64,000 nt of DNA from Bifidobacterium breve (lineage in GTDB: Bacteria; Actinomycetota; Thermoleophilia; Miltoncostaeales; Miltoncostaeaceae), in the NCBI GenBank assembly GCA_945861935.1, contig CAMAVU010000001.1:45845-109844 (forward strand). Reading direction: 5' to 3'. Made by a program: the position numbers and the translations under genes. The notes under the pieces are model-generated. The model made no database searches, was not told the DNA's origin, and was given only the letters and a program-made list of their open reading frames with translations. Of this stretch, positions 1-9,497 are shown in pieces; within the stretch, counting starts at the first letter, position 1, and every line of letters begins with the position of its first letter.

Positions 1-765
1 CGAGATGATGATGAGCGACAGGTACTCGGCCGTCATGAACATGGCGAACTTCACCGAGCCGTACTCGAGGTTGTATCCCGCGATCAGTTCGCTTTCGGCC
101 TCCCCCAGATCGAACGGGATCCGGTTGGTCTCGGCGATGGCCGCGATCATGAACACCACGAAAGCGATGGGCTGCACAAGGATGTACCAGATCCCCCCGG
201 CCTGATCATTCGCGATGTCCACCAGCGACAGGCTCTGGCTGATCATCACCACGCCCACGATGGAGAGCCCCATCGCGACCTCGTACGACACCAGTTGGGC
301 GGCGTTGCGCGCCGCGCCGAGCAGCGAGTACTTGTTGCCGCTCGCCCAGCCCCCGAGGATCAGTCCGTAGGCGCCGAGGCTGGACAGGGCCAGGAACACC
401 AGCACGCCCACGCTGAGGTCGGTGCCGTACAGGGTCACGGTCGTGCCGAACCACTCGTGCACGCCGCCGAAGGGGATCAGCGACAGCGCGGCCACCGCGG
501 CGATGACCGGGATCATCGGTGCCAGGCGGAACAACCAGCGGTTGGCCCCCGCCGGGATGAAGTCCTCCTTGAAGGTGAGCTTGCCGATGTCGGCCAGTGG
601 CTGCAGCAGTCCGAATGGGCCCGCCCGGTTGGGGCCGCGCCGTGCCTGGAAGCGGCCGAGCAGTTTGCGCTCGGCCACGGTGAGGCCTGCGAACGCCGAG
701 AACACCACGCCCACCACGATCAGCCCCTGGATCACCATGGCGACGACGGTCTCCTGCGGCGTCAC
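1..765 (-). CDS. nuoH: NADH-quinone oxidoreductase subunit H (NuoH), 5' part only; gene continues past window start
   Basis: Minus-strand frame is open from the window edge up to a GTG at 765, which forms a GTGA overlap with the nuoG stop at 762-764. My translation VTPQETVVAMVIQGLIVVGVVFSAFAGLTVAERKLLGRFQARRGPNRAGPFGLLQPLADIGKLTFKEDFIPAG... matches the ND1/NuoH N-terminus. It is absent from the ORF track because no stop lies in the window. Position after nuoG fits canonical operon order. Confidence 0.85.
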   Translation of the reverse strand, partial: MTPQETVVAMVIQGLIVVGVVFSAFAGLTVAERKLLGRFQARRGPNRAGPFGLLQPLADIGKLTFKEDFIPAGANRWLFRLAPMIPVIAAVAALSLIPFGGVHEWFGTTVTLYGTDLSVGVLVFLALSSLGAYGLILGGWASGNKYSLLGAARNAAQLVSYEVAMGLSIVGVVMISQSLSLVDIANDQAGGIWYILVQPIAFVVFMIAAIAETNRIPFDLGEAESELIAGYNLEYGSVKFAMFMTAEYLSLIIIS

Positions 766-3065
766 GTCACCACGTCCTCACGGGCCACCGCGGTGACGTT
801 CGCGCGTACCGGGCCGCGGTCCACGGGCAGCAGGTGCATGGCGCGCACGGCCGGGTCGCCCATCACGAGGTACGCGGCGCCTTCGTGCAGGCGCGAGTCC
901 ACCCGCAGCGGCAGCACGGCCTCGCCGTGCGGCGTGGTGATGCGTACGCGGGAGTCGGTACGCACACCCAGACGCTGGGCCTCGACGGGCGCCAGACCCA
1001 CATGGGTCGGTTCGCGCACGGACGCGAGCGCGTCGGACCGGTGCGCCGTGGCGTCCCCGAACACCGGGGTGCAGGGCACGATCACCAGCCCCTCGCCCCC
1101 GGCCTCCGGACGACGAGGGTCCGGGGTGGCGACCGCCGCCGCGATGACCGCGCCCTCACGATCGAGTGTCCCGTAGTCCATGCCCGCGAACGGCGCATGA
1201 CGGGCGGCGAGTCGGGCGAACGCCTGCGCGGGCGTGCGGTCGGGCACCGGGCGGCCCAGCCGGTGGGTAATGCCGATCAGCACCTCCCATGCCGCCGCCG
1301 CACCCGCGGCCTCGCGTGCGCCCGGCCGCAGGCGCTGCGCGCGACCGGCCATGCTCACCAGCACGCCCTCCTCCTCCAGCGGCGTGAGCAGCGGCAGCAC
1401 CAGCGCGGCGCGGTCGGTGAGCCCCGAGCGATACGACGCCATCTCGATGATCGTGCCGACCCCATCGAGCGCGGCGGCCCAGCGATCGCCCGCGGGCCCC
1501 GCGGTGGGGTCCGCGGAGATGGTGACCAGCACATCGATCCCCCCGGCCTCGATGGCCTCGAGCAGGTCGGCATCGGCGGAAATACCGAGCGCGCGCAGGC
1601 CCGGGCCGCTCACGTCGGCGCACATCTCAATGGCCCGGGCGCCCTCGGTCACCGCCATGGCCCGGGCGATCTCCTCTGCGGCCCCCGGCTCGGCGGCAAG
1701 GTCGGCCTCGTCCCAGAGCACGATGGCGCGCCGGGTGCCGTCGAGGTGTTCCCGGATGGCCACCACCGCATCGGTCATCTGGCCGGGAGCGGTGCGAACG
1801 ACCTCGCATGAGGCATCGAGCGCAGTGGGCCGTGGTCCGACGACGACGACGGGCACGCCCCGGCGCCGGGCCTTGCGGATGCGGAGCTCGGCCACGGGCT
1901 GCTGCGAGCAGGGGTCGCCGCCCAGCACCAGCACCAGATCGGCGTGGTCGAGATCGTCCATCTGGGCACCGGGCAGTGCGCGCATGAGGCCAAGACCGTC
2001 GCCGGGGATGCCCATACGGCGGACCATGGCGGGCGCGGCTCCCACACGGTCGCCCAGTTCCATGGCCAGGAAGCCCGTCTCCACCGTGACCACCTCACCC
2101 AGCAGGATGCCCACCCGGGCCTCATGCGGGATGAGCATGTCCGCGGCCACGCCCAGCGCACGCTCAAGGGGAACGGAGCGGCGCCCCACGCCATCCACGA
2201 GAACGGCACCGGGCAGACGGTCGTCGCCCCTGAGCGCCGGGTAGCCCCAGCGACCGCGGTCGCAGATCCAGCCCTCCTCGACGGCCATGTTGGGTTCGGG
2301 TCGCCCGGTCAGGCGCTTCACCTCGTTGTCACGCGTGGTGATCTCGATGTTGCAGCCCATGGCGCAGCCGGCGCAGACCGACGGGGTGTTCGTAATCTCC
2401 CAGGGCCGGCTGACGAAGCGGTACGGGTTGCTGGTGAGTGCCCCCACCGGGCAGAGATCAATCGTGTTCCCGGTGAAGCGCCCCTCGTAGGGGTCGCCGC
2501 TGGCCGTGGCGATCTCGATGTGGTCGCCCCGCTCCTGGAATGTCAGGTGACCATCTTCGGCGACGTCCTGACTGAAGCGCACGCACCGGAAGCACGCGAT
2601 GCAGCGCTCGCGGTCGAGGGCCACCAGGGGCGAGAGGTCGAGCGGCTTCGGGAAGTGCATCTTCGGCTCGAGGGTGCGGGTTTCGCCCGGGCCGAACCGG
2701 AAGGTCCGGTCCTGCAGGGGGCACTCCCCGCCCTTGTCGCACACCGGGCAGTCCAGGGGATGGTTGGCCAGCAGCAACTCCAGCACGCCGTCCTGGGCCT
2801 CGGCTGCGACCTCGCTGTCGGTGCTCACCACCATGTCGGGCGCCACGGGCGTGGAGCAGGCGGTCTGGAGGCCGCGCATCCCCTCGACCTCCACGAGGCA
2901 CATGCGGCAGGCGCCGATGGGTGCACCGAGGCGGGGCTCGTAGCAGAAGATGGGGATCTCGATGCCCACGGCCGCCGCGGCGTCCACCAGCATGGTGCCC
3001 TTGGCGGCCTGCACAACCTGGCCGTTGATGGTGAGCGTCATCAGCGTCCGGGGCTGGTCAGCCAA
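762..3065 (-). CDS. nuoG: NADH-quinone oxidoreductase subunit G (NuoG, 75-kDa type)
   Basis: 767-aa ORF with an N-terminal 2Fe-2S region (GACRMCLVEVEG), HPLDCPVCDKGGECPLQD and CIACFRCVRF Fe-S motifs, and a molybdopterin-oxidoreductase-like body. The TTG at 3065 has GGAGG 6 nt upstream. Alternative ATG at 3041 (MTLTINGQ). Confidence 0.95.
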   Translation of the reverse strand: MADQPRTLMTLTINGQVVQAAKGTMLVDAAAAVGIEIPIFCYEPRLGAPIGACRMCLVEVEGMRGLQTACSTPVAPDMVVSTDSEVAAEAQDGVLELLLANHPLDCPVCDKGGECPLQDRTFRFGPGETRTLEPKMHFPKPLDLSPLVALDRERCIACFRCVRFSQDVAEDGHLTFQERGDHIEIATASGDPYEGRFTGNTIDLCPVGALTSNPYRFVSRPWEITNTPSVCAGCAMGCNIEITTRDNEVKRLTGRPEPNMAVEEGWICDRGRWGYPALRGDDRLPGAVLVDGVGRRSVPLERALGVAADMLIPHEARVGILLGEVVTVETGFLAMELGDRVGAAPAMVRRMGIPGDGLGLMRALPGAQMDDLDHADLVLVLGGDPCSQQPVAELRIRKARRRGVPVVVVGPRPTALDASCEVVRTAPGQMTDAVVAIREHLDGTRRAIVLWDEADLAAEPGAAEEIARAMAVTEGARAIEMCADVSGPGLRALGISADADLLEAIEAGGIDVLVTISADPTAGPAGDRWAAALDGVGTIIEMASYRSGLTDRAALVLPLLTPLEEEGVLVSMAGRAQRLRPGAREAAGAAAAWEVLIGITHRLGRPVPDRTPAQAFARLAARHAPFAGMDYGTLDREGAVIAAAVATPDPRRPEAGGEGLVIVPCTPVFGDATAHRSDALASVREPTHVGLAPVEAQRLGVRTDSRVRITTPHGEAVLPLRVDSRLHEGAAYLVMGDPAVRAMHLLPVDRGPVRANVTAVAREDVVT

Positions 3066-4356
3066 CGGGGGCCTCCGTCATGGGGGCTGGCCGTGGGGAG
3101 CCTTCGTGGGCCACGCGCACGAACTCGTCGCGGAACAACTCGAGGGCGCTCTGGACGGGCATCACCGCACCGTCGGCCAGCGCACAGAGCGTGCGGCCGG
3201 AGATGCGACCGAACAGGCCCTCGAGCATGCGGATGTCGTCGTCGCCCCGGCCCCGGCCCTCGACCATCCGCCCGAGGATGTTCTCGAGCCACCCCGTCCC
3301 TTCGCGGCACGGGGTGCACTTGCCGCACGACTCATGGCGGTAGAACTGCGCGAGGCGGTGGCACGCGCGCACGATGCAGCCGGTGTCGTCCATCACGATG
3401 CAGCCGCCGCTTCCCAGGAAGGTGCCCACGCCCTCAAGCGACTCGTAGTCCAGGGGCACGTCCAGCGATCCTGCGCCGATCACCGGCACCGACGAGCCGC
3501 CCGGCCATACGGCCTTCACCTGACGCCCCGGGCGCAGGCCCCCCGCCATGTCGACGATGAGTTCCCGCAGCGTGGTCCGGCCCAGCACCACCTCGTAGTT
3601 GCCCGGCCTCAGAACATGGCCCGACACCGAGAAGACCTTGGTGCCGGGGCTCTTCTCCGGGCCGAGCGCCGCGTACCAGTCGGGCCCGCGGTGCATGATG
3701 GGCGGCAGCGCCGCCAGGGTCTCGACGTTGTTGATGAGGGTGGGACACCCGTACAGGCCGGCCACCGCCGGGAAGGGCGGCTTCAGCCGCGGCTGGCCGC
3801 GCTTGCCCTCGAGGCTCTCGAGCAGGGCGGTCTCCTCACCGCAGATGTAGGCGCCCGATCCCCGGTAGAGGGTGATGTCGAACGGACGGCCCTCGCCCAG
3901 GGCATCGGGGCCCAGGTGGCCGGCCTCCCGCGTCTCGGCCAGCGCCGCGTCGAGGACCGTGGCCTGAGCCTCGTACTCCCCGCGGATGTAGATGTAGGCG
4001 CGCTCGCAGCCCACCGCATGTGCGGCGATGGCGATGCCCTCGATCAACTGGAACGGGTTCTGCTCGATGATCTCCCGGTCCTTGAAGGTCCCGGGCTCGC
4101 TCTCGTCGGCGTTGCACACGACGTATGTGGGCTTGCCGGTGTTCTTCGGGAGGAAGGAGGCCTTCCGTCCCATGGGGAACCCGGCACCACCGCGCCCGCG
4201 CAGCCCCGAGCGATGGAACGCATACAGGACATCGTCCGACGACATGGCGATGGCGTCGCGCAGGCCGAGGAACCCGCCGACCCGCGTGTATTCGGCGAGA
4301 GTGGTGAGGGGCCGGCCGTATTCACGGTGGCGGTAGACGACATGGAACTCGGGCAT
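3058..4356 (-). CDS. nuoF: NADH-quinone oxidoreductase subunit F (NuoF)
   Basis: 432 aa with GLRGRGGAGFPMGRKASF (FMN/NADH site) and ESCGKCTPCREG (4Fe-4S). Lies directly after nuoE. Confidence 0.95.
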   Translation of the reverse strand: MPEFHVVYRHREYGRPLTTLAEYTRVGGFLGLRDAIAMSSDDVLYAFHRSGLRGRGGAGFPMGRKASFLPKNTGKPTYVVCNADESEPGTFKDREIIEQNPFQLIEGIAIAAHAVGCERAYIYIRGEYEAQATVLDAALAETREAGHLGPDALGEGRPFDITLYRGSGAYICGEETALLESLEGKRGQPRLKPPFPAVAGLYGCPTLINNVETLAALPPIMHRGPDWYAALGPEKSPGTKVFSVSGHVLRPGNYEVVLGRTTLRELIVDMAGGLRPGRQVKAVWPGGSSVPVIGAGSLDVPLDYESLEGVGTFLGSGGCIVMDDTGCIVRACHRLAQFYRHESCGKCTPCREGTGWLENILGRMVEGRGRGDDDIRMLEGLFGRISGRTLCALADGAVMPVQSALELFRDEFVRVAHEGSPRPAPMTEAPVG

Positions 4357-4854
4357 CTAGCGCTCGTACCTCTCGGGGGCCGGCAGATCGCGCAGGTCAT
4401 CGATCAGGCAGGTGGCGTCCGCGGGTTCGAGGGGGCCGACCTGTTCGCCCGAGTCCACCTGCAGGCACGGGGCCCGGTCGCATGCCCCGATGCACTGGAC
4501 CCGCTGCAGGGTGAACATGCCGTCCCCGGTCGTGCCCTCGCCGTCGAGGCCCAGGTAATCGGCGATGTGGTCGAAGATCTCATCCGAGCCCCGGAGCATG
4601 CAGGACAGGGTCACGCAGACGTTGAGGACACGGCGGCCAACGGGCTCCAGATAGCAGCGGTCGTAGAACGAGGCCACGCTCTCGACGTAGGCCTCGGTGA
4701 AGCCCGTGGCCTCGGCCACGGCGGACATGGACGCGGGCGGGAGCCAGCCCGCCTCGCCCTGGGCGTATCTCAGCGCCGGCAGGATGAGCGACCTGGGGTC
4801 CGCGTACTCGTGCCGCATGGGTGCCAGGTACTCCTCGATCTCGTCTGCGGTCAC
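4357..4854 (-). CDS. nuoE: NADH-quinone oxidoreductase subunit E (NuoE)
   Basis: The track ORF runs to 5019, but its first 55 aa are Arg/Pro/His-rich and overlap nuoD. A GTG at 4854 gives VTADEIEEYLAPMRHEY... and a GTGA overlap with the nuoD stop (4851-4853). Thioredoxin-like 2Fe-2S motifs CVTLSCMLRG and CIGACDRAPC are present. Confidence 0.85.
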   Translation of the reverse strand: MTADEIEEYLAPMRHEYADPRSLILPALRYAQGEAGWLPPASMSAVAEATGFTEAYVESVASFYDRCYLEPVGRRVLNVCVTLSCMLRGSDEIFDHIADYLGLDGEGTTGDGMFTLQRVQCIGACDRAPCLQVDSGEQVGPLEPADATCLIDDLRDLPAPERYER

Positions 4855-6218
4855 CGGTCCACGCCTCCCATCACGGGGTCGAGGGTGGCGACGATGGCGA
4901 TGAGGTCGGCCAGATAGCCGCCCTTGCACAGGGGCGCGGTGGCCTGCAGGTTCACGAACGAGGGATCGCGCATGTGAATGCGGTAGGGCCTGGGGCCGCC
5001 GTCGCTCACCGCATAGCACCCCATCTCGCCACGCGGGCTCTCGATGGCCACGTAGGCCTCGCCGGCCGGCACCGTGAAGCCCTCACTCACCAGTTTGAAG
5101 TGGTGGATGAGCGCCTCCATGGAATACGCGAGCTCCTCGCGCGGGGGGAGCACCACCTTGCGGTCGTCGGCAATGACGGGGCCCTCCGGCATGCCGTCGA
5201 GCACCTGGCGGATGATCCGCAGGCTCTCGCGCATCTCGCGCACGCGCACCAGATAGCGGGCGTAGCAGTCGCCCTCCGTGGCGGTGGGCACGTCGAACTC
5301 AAAGTGCTGGTACCCGGAGTAGGGCGCCACCTTGCGCAGGTCGTACGGCACGCCCGCGGCGCGCAGCGTGGGTCCCGTCACCCCCAGCGCGAGGAGCTGC
5401 TCGGCCGGGAGCACGCCGATACCCACCATCCGGTCCTTCCAGATGGGGTTGCCGGTGAGAAGCGCCTCGTAGTCGTCGATGCGCGCGGGCATCTCCTCGG
5501 TGAACGCGCGCACGCGCTCGATGAACCCCGGGGGGAGGTCGTCCGAGCAGCCGCCCACCTGGAAGTAGCGGTGGTTCATGCGCTCACCCGACACCATCTC
5601 GAACAGGTCCAGCATCTCGTCGCGCTCGCGGTAGCAGTAGAAGAACACCGACATGGCCCCGAGTTCCAGGCCCGAGGTGCCCAGCCAGACCAGATGGCTC
5701 GCCAGGCGGTTCATCTCGGCCAGGAGGACGCGGATCCACTGCGCGCGCGCCGGCACCTCCATCTGCAGCAACCTCTCCACCGACATCGTGTAGGCCTTGA
5801 TGTTGGCGAAGGGCGCGAGGTAGTCCATGCGGGTGACGAGCGTGATGCCCTGCCACCACGTCTTGTTCTCGCACTGCTTCTCGATGCCGGTGTGCAGGTA
5901 GCCGATCACCGGCGTGACCTCCCGCACCACCTCGCCGTCCAGTTCCACGATCAGGCGCAGTACGCCGTGGGTGCTCGGGTGGTTGGGCCCGAGGTTGATG
6001 AGCATCGGCTGGCGTACGCCCGGCCGGGCGTCGGCCAGCATCTCGTTGGTCAGCGTGCGCTCGATGGCCTCCTCCGGGGTGCGGGCCTCGACGCCGGCGA
6101 TGATCCTCTCGGTGGGCGTGAGGGCCCGCCCGTCGCGGGCGGCAGCCTCACGAGCCTCGCGGCTCTCGGCGGCGATGGGGAAGTTGCCGCTCCGGGGTCC
6201 CGCGGTGCCCATGGTCAT
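4851..6218 (-). CDS. nuoD: NADH-quinone oxidoreductase subunit D (NuoD)
   Basis: 455 aa with NLGPNHPSTHGVLRL, RIHMRDPSF and a C-terminal LDPVMGGVDR. ATGA overlap with the nuoC stop at 6215-6217. Confidence 0.95.
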   Translation of the reverse strand: MTMGTAGPRSGNFPIAAESREAREAAARDGRALTPTERIIAGVEARTPEEAIERTLTNEMLADARPGVRQPMLINLGPNHPSTHGVLRLIVELDGEVVREVTPVIGYLHTGIEKQCENKTWWQGITLVTRMDYLAPFANIKAYTMSVERLLQMEVPARAQWIRVLLAEMNRLASHLVWLGTSGLELGAMSVFFYCYRERDEMLDLFEMVSGERMNHRYFQVGGCSDDLPPGFIERVRAFTEEMPARIDDYEALLTGNPIWKDRMVGIGVLPAEQLLALGVTGPTLRAAGVPYDLRKVAPYSGYQHFEFDVPTATEGDCYARYLVRVREMRESLRIIRQVLDGMPEGPVIADDRKVVLPPREELAYSMEALIHHFKLVSEGFTVPAGEAYVAIESPRGEMGCYAVSDGGPRPYRIHMRDPSFVNLQATAPLCKGGYLADLIAIVATLDPVMGGVDR

Positions 6219-6688
6219 ACGGCGTCCGTGAACTGGACCTCTTCGCCCCCGATGGGATAGTCACGGCGCAGCGGGTGGCCCTCCCAGTCGAGCGGGTTGA
6301 GGATGCGGCAGAGGTCGGGGTGGCCGTGGAAGTGCACGCCGAACTGGTCGTATACCTCCCGCTCCATCCAGTTGGCGCCCGGCCAGATCGAGGTGACCGA
6401 CTCAACGGCGGGGTCGGATGCGCCGGCCCACGCGCGAAGGCGCGCGCGCGCTCCCGTGGCGATGTTCACGAGGTGGTATGCCATGCGGAACCTGCCGGGC
6501 TCATCCGGGAAGTCGGCGCAGGTGATGTCGGAGAGGAGGAGGTACTGCGACGGGCCATCGCGCAGCGCGCGGCAGGCCTCGACGATGCGGTCGCCCCGCA
6601 CCTCCACGGTGAGTTCGCCGAGGTCCTCCCATTCCAGGACCACGGCGCCGGGCGAGGCGGCTTCGATCTGGGCCGCGACGTCGCTCAC
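6215..6688 (-). CDS. nuoC: NADH-quinone oxidoreductase subunit C (NuoC, 30-kDa type)
   Basis: 157 aa with [24 protein letters not shown]. The GTG start forms a GTGA overlap with the nuoB stop (6685-6687). Confidence 0.9.
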   Translation of the reverse strand: MSDVAAQIEAASPGAVVLEWEDLGELTVEVRGDRIVEACRALRDGPSQYLLLSDITCADFPDEPGRFRMAYHLVNIATGARARLRAWAGASDPAVESVTSIWPGANWMEREVYDQFGVHFHGHPDLCRILNPLDWEGHPLRRDYPIGGEEVQFTDAV

Positions 6689-7365
6689 GCAGGGCCCCCA
6701 TCGCCCGGTCGCACGCCCTGACCCTCACCGATGGTACGCAGGACGGCCAGCCCCGCGGCGTGCTCGTGGTCCCACGTCAGGCGCTCGGCCCGGCGCTCGG
6801 CGATGATCTCCGACGACGGCCGCTGGCCGTTCGCACCGATCTTCCGGCGCAGGATGTCGATGCCCTCCATCAGCCCCTCGGGGCGCGGCGGGCAACCGGG
6901 CACATAGACGTCAACCGGCAGGATCTTGTCCACGCCCTGCACCACGGCGTAGTTGTTGAACACGCCCCCGGTGCTGGCGCACGCGCCCATGCTGAGCACC
7001 CACTTGGGCTCGAGCATCTGGTCGTAGATGTGGCGCACGACCGGGGCCATCTTCTGGGTGAGCCGGCCGGCGACGATCATCAGGTCACTCTGGCGGGGGG
7101 TCCCGCGGAAGTACTCGGCACCGAACCGGCCCATGTCCAGGCGTGGACTCAGAGTGTGCATCATCTCGATCGAGCAGCAGGCCAGCCCGAAGGTGGCGGG
7201 CCAGATCGCCGAGGTCTGGGTCCAGGCGATGGCCTTCTCCATCGTGGTGGTGAGCAGCCCCTTGCCCACCTCGTCCGTGATCGGGTCGCGCAGGTCCCAG
7301 TCGATGCGCTCGTCGGTGCGGGGCGCGCGGCGAATCGGTGCGCCGGGTGGCGGGATCAGCGCCAT
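6685..7365 (-). CDS. nuoB: NADH-quinone oxidoreductase subunit B (NuoB)
   Basis: 226 aa with cluster N2 ligand motifs [18 protein letters not shown] and VPGCPPRPE. Confidence 0.95.
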   Translation of the reverse strand: MALIPPPGAPIRRAPRTDERIDWDLRDPITDEVGKGLLTTTMEKAIAWTQTSAIWPATFGLACCSIEMMHTLSPRLDMGRFGAEYFRGTPRQSDLMIVAGRLTQKMAPVVRHIYDQMLEPKWVLSMGACASTGGVFNNYAVVQGVDKILPVDVYVPGCPPRPEGLMEGIDILRRKIGANGQRPSSEIIAERRAERLTWDHEHAAGLAVLRTIGEGQGVRPGDGGPA

Positions 7366-7712
7366 TCGAGCGCCCGCTTCCGCCAGATGTATGCGAGTGC
7401 CCCGGCGAGGATCGCCATGAACACCACCAGTTCCACGACGGCGGCGGTCCCCACATCACGCAGGACGACGGCCAGCGGGTACAGGAATGCCAACTCGATA
7501 TCGAAGATGATGAAGAGCATCGCCGTGAGGTAGAAGTCGATCGAGAATCGCTGCCGGGCCGGTTGCACGGTGAGGATGCCGCTCTCGAAGGGCAGATCCT
7601 TCACGGGGTTGGGCCGCTTGCGCCCGACCAGCGACAACGCGAACAGTGCCCCGGCGACTCCGGCGCCGAGGACGATGTAGATCAGCAGTGGAAGCCAGGT
7701 GTAGAGGTCCAC
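7356..7712 (-). CDS. nuoA: NADH-quinone oxidoreductase subunit A (NuoA)
   Basis: The track ORF extends to 7787 with an Arg/Trp-rich leader. A GTG at 7712 gives 118 aa ([18 protein letters not shown]...), three TM segments and [14 protein letters not shown] purine-rich GGAAAGGG lies upstream. Confidence 0.85.
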   Translation of the reverse strand: MDLYTWLPLLIYIVLGAGVAGALFALSLVGRKRPNPVKDLPFESGILTVQPARQRFSIDFYLTAMLFIIFDIELAFLYPLAVVLRDVGTAAVVELVVFMAILAGALAYIWRKRALEWR

Positions 7713-8301
7713 CCTGACCCGCCCTTTCCGTGTCCGCAGTGCGTGCGGTGGGGTCCACCACCCCGCGTCGCAGCGCCACCCTAACAACGTGGGCGCACAA
7801 GCGCATCATCGTGCGGATTGCCTCATGGCAAGCGGGATCTCACGATGCCCCCAAGTGCGCTTTGTAACATTCTCGCCCCCGGTGCCAGGCACGTAACCGA
7901 CACCCTCGTGACCATTGGGTGCGGGATCCGGCACGACGATCGGTGCCCCGGTCGGCCGCGCCGGAACCGCCTCACTGACGACTGGGCGTGATCTGCCACG
8001 CGAGGACCACCAGCGCGGCTCAGGCCACGAGGTGAATCGCACCCCCTCGACCGATCCCCGTCGGCTGACGGGGTGCAGCAGCCACGGTCGGTGGTGGGTC
8101 CCGGCACTACGATCCGTGGGACGACGGTGCGTCCCGCGCGCCCGCTGGGGGGTCTGCACCCCGTCGTTCCCGCCTACGACACGGAACGGCAGTGATGACT
8201 GATCACGACACCATGGTGCGCTGCTCTGCCATCCATCTGACCTCCGCCCCCGGCCTCCGGCGCGGTTCGATCCGCCTCGTCGTGTCGCCCCCGGCATAGT
8301 C

Positions 8302-8616
8302 GTGGCAATCGACCGGATCGCGTACTTCTCGGCGCTGGTGGACGAGGCGCCGGACGAGCCGCGTGCGCGGTATGGGCTGGCCCTGGCCCTCCGTCAGGCC
8401 GACCGGTGGGATCAGGCTGCGGAGCAGTACCGCGCCTACCTTGCGATGGCCACTGATGAGGGCGCGGCCTATGGCCATCTGGCCGAGTGCCTCGCGGCCC
8501 TCGGCGATGTGGAAGGGGCGGCCGACGCCTACCTCGTCGGCATGGATGCCGCACTCCACCACGGGCACGACGGGCTGGCTGCGGACTTTCAGGCGGCGCT
8601 GGAGGCGTTGAACTGA
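8302..8616 (+). CDS. small TPR-like helical-repeat protein (hypothetical)
   Basis: 104-aa GTG-start ORF with coding-like codon usage (high GC3, A/T-rich second positions). Ala/Leu/Asp/Glu-rich helical-repeat pattern (ALALRQADRWDQAAEQYRAYLAM...GHLAECLAALGDVEGAADAYLVG). Confidence 0.5.
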   Translation: MAIDRIAYFSALVDEAPDEPRARYGLALALRQADRWDQAAEQYRAYLAMATDEGAAYGHLAECLAALGDVEGAADAYLVGMDAALHHGHDGLAADFQAALEALN

Positions 8617-8678
8617 ACGCTGCCCGCCAGCGGGTCACGGCACGTGGTGCGACGCGCTTCTGGTACCGCAACGCCACG

Positions 8679-9392
8679 GTGGGGCGCAAGACCGTGCTCA
8701 CCACGCTCGGCCCCCGGTTCGTGGAGGCCATCGCCTATCTGGCCATCATGGGCCTGGGTCTGGGGGCCTACCTCACCGAGGTGGATGGCGTGTCGTACGT
8801 GGCGTTCATCGCCCCCGGTATTGCCGCGAGCGCCGTGATGTTCGGTGCCATCCTCGAGACCTCGTACAACGCCTTCGTGCGCATCCATGTGCGCAGGGTG
8901 TTCGAGGCCGCCGTCACCACGCCCCTGTCGGTGGGCGACGTGGTGGTGGGCGAGTACATGTGGGGCGCCACACGCGGCACCATCTACGGGATCGTGTTCC
9001 TGATCGTCATGGCACCGTTCGGACTCATCGTGTCGTGGTGGGCGCTGCTCTGCCCGGTGGTATTCGTCATGGGCGGCCTGATGTTCGCCGTCCTTGGGAT
9101 GACCTATACGTCGTTCACCTCGAACATCGAGCACTTCAACATCTTCTGGACGGGAGTGATGACACCCATGTTCCTGTTCGGGGGCATCTTCTTCCCGTTC
9201 ACCGCTCTGCCGGGGTGGGCTCAGGTGATCGGCTGGTGCCTGCCGCTCTCGCACGTGGTCGCCGCCATACGCGAAATGGTGATGGGCGACGTCGGCTGGA
9301 TCACCCTGGGCCACCTCGCGGTGATCACCGGCTTCACCGCCCTCCTGTTTTATGTCCCGGTCCGCAGGCTGTCCGGTACGCTGCTGGCGTAG
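8679..9392 (+). CDS. ABC-2 type (NodJ-like) transporter permease; start unresolved, no cognate ATPase nearby
   Basis: Six-TM ABC-2 pattern: VDGVSYVAFIAPGIAASAVMF...YNAFVRIHVRRVFEA...PLSVGDVVVGEYMW...LPLSHVVAAIRE. Similarity to NodJ-type permeases begins about 8640 (ATRFWYRN), upstream of the first internal GTG (8679). The only in-frame upstream canonical start is the GTG at 8487, which would overlap the TPR ORF by 130 nt. Confidence 0.6.
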   Translation: MGRKTVLTTLGPRFVEAIAYLAIMGLGLGAYLTEVDGVSYVAFIAPGIAASAVMFGAILETSYNAFVRIHVRRVFEAAVTTPLSVGDVVVGEYMWGATRGTIYGIVFLIVMAPFGLIVSWWALLCPVVFVMGGLMFAVLGMTYTSFTSNIEHFNIFWTGVMTPMFLFGGIFFPFTALPGWAQVIGWCLPLSHVVAAIREMVMGDVGWITLGHLAVITGFTALLFYVPVRRLSGTLLA

Positions 9393-9497
9393 GCGCGGTC
9401 CCTATTTCACGTGGCTGTTACGGGAGCGTTGGCCCGGCAGCCGCTGGTCTCCGGGGGGACCCGCCGTGAGAGCCGTTCGCGACGATGGGGGTGTCAG

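Noticed and set aside
295-4917. Long plus-strand ORFs across the nuo operon (295-1176, 834-1811, 1234-2244, 1944-3560, 2950-4917)
   Set aside because: They are antisense to genes with unmistakable Nuo motifs. Their translations are Arg/Gly/Pro/His-rich low-complexity, typical shadow ORFs of high-GC DNA.
8056-8073. CCCCGTC-GGCT-GACGGGG hairpin in the nuoA upstream region as a regulatory element
   Set aside because: It is a 7-bp stem in a 500-bp GC-rich leader, with no supporting conservation or promoter context that I can evaluate by eye.
8255-8290. GGTTCGATCC, a tRNA T-loop-like string upstream of the TPR ORF
   Set aside because: The flanking bases do not form a 5-bp T-stem. No acceptor stem or D-arm can be drawn within 75-90 nt on either strand.
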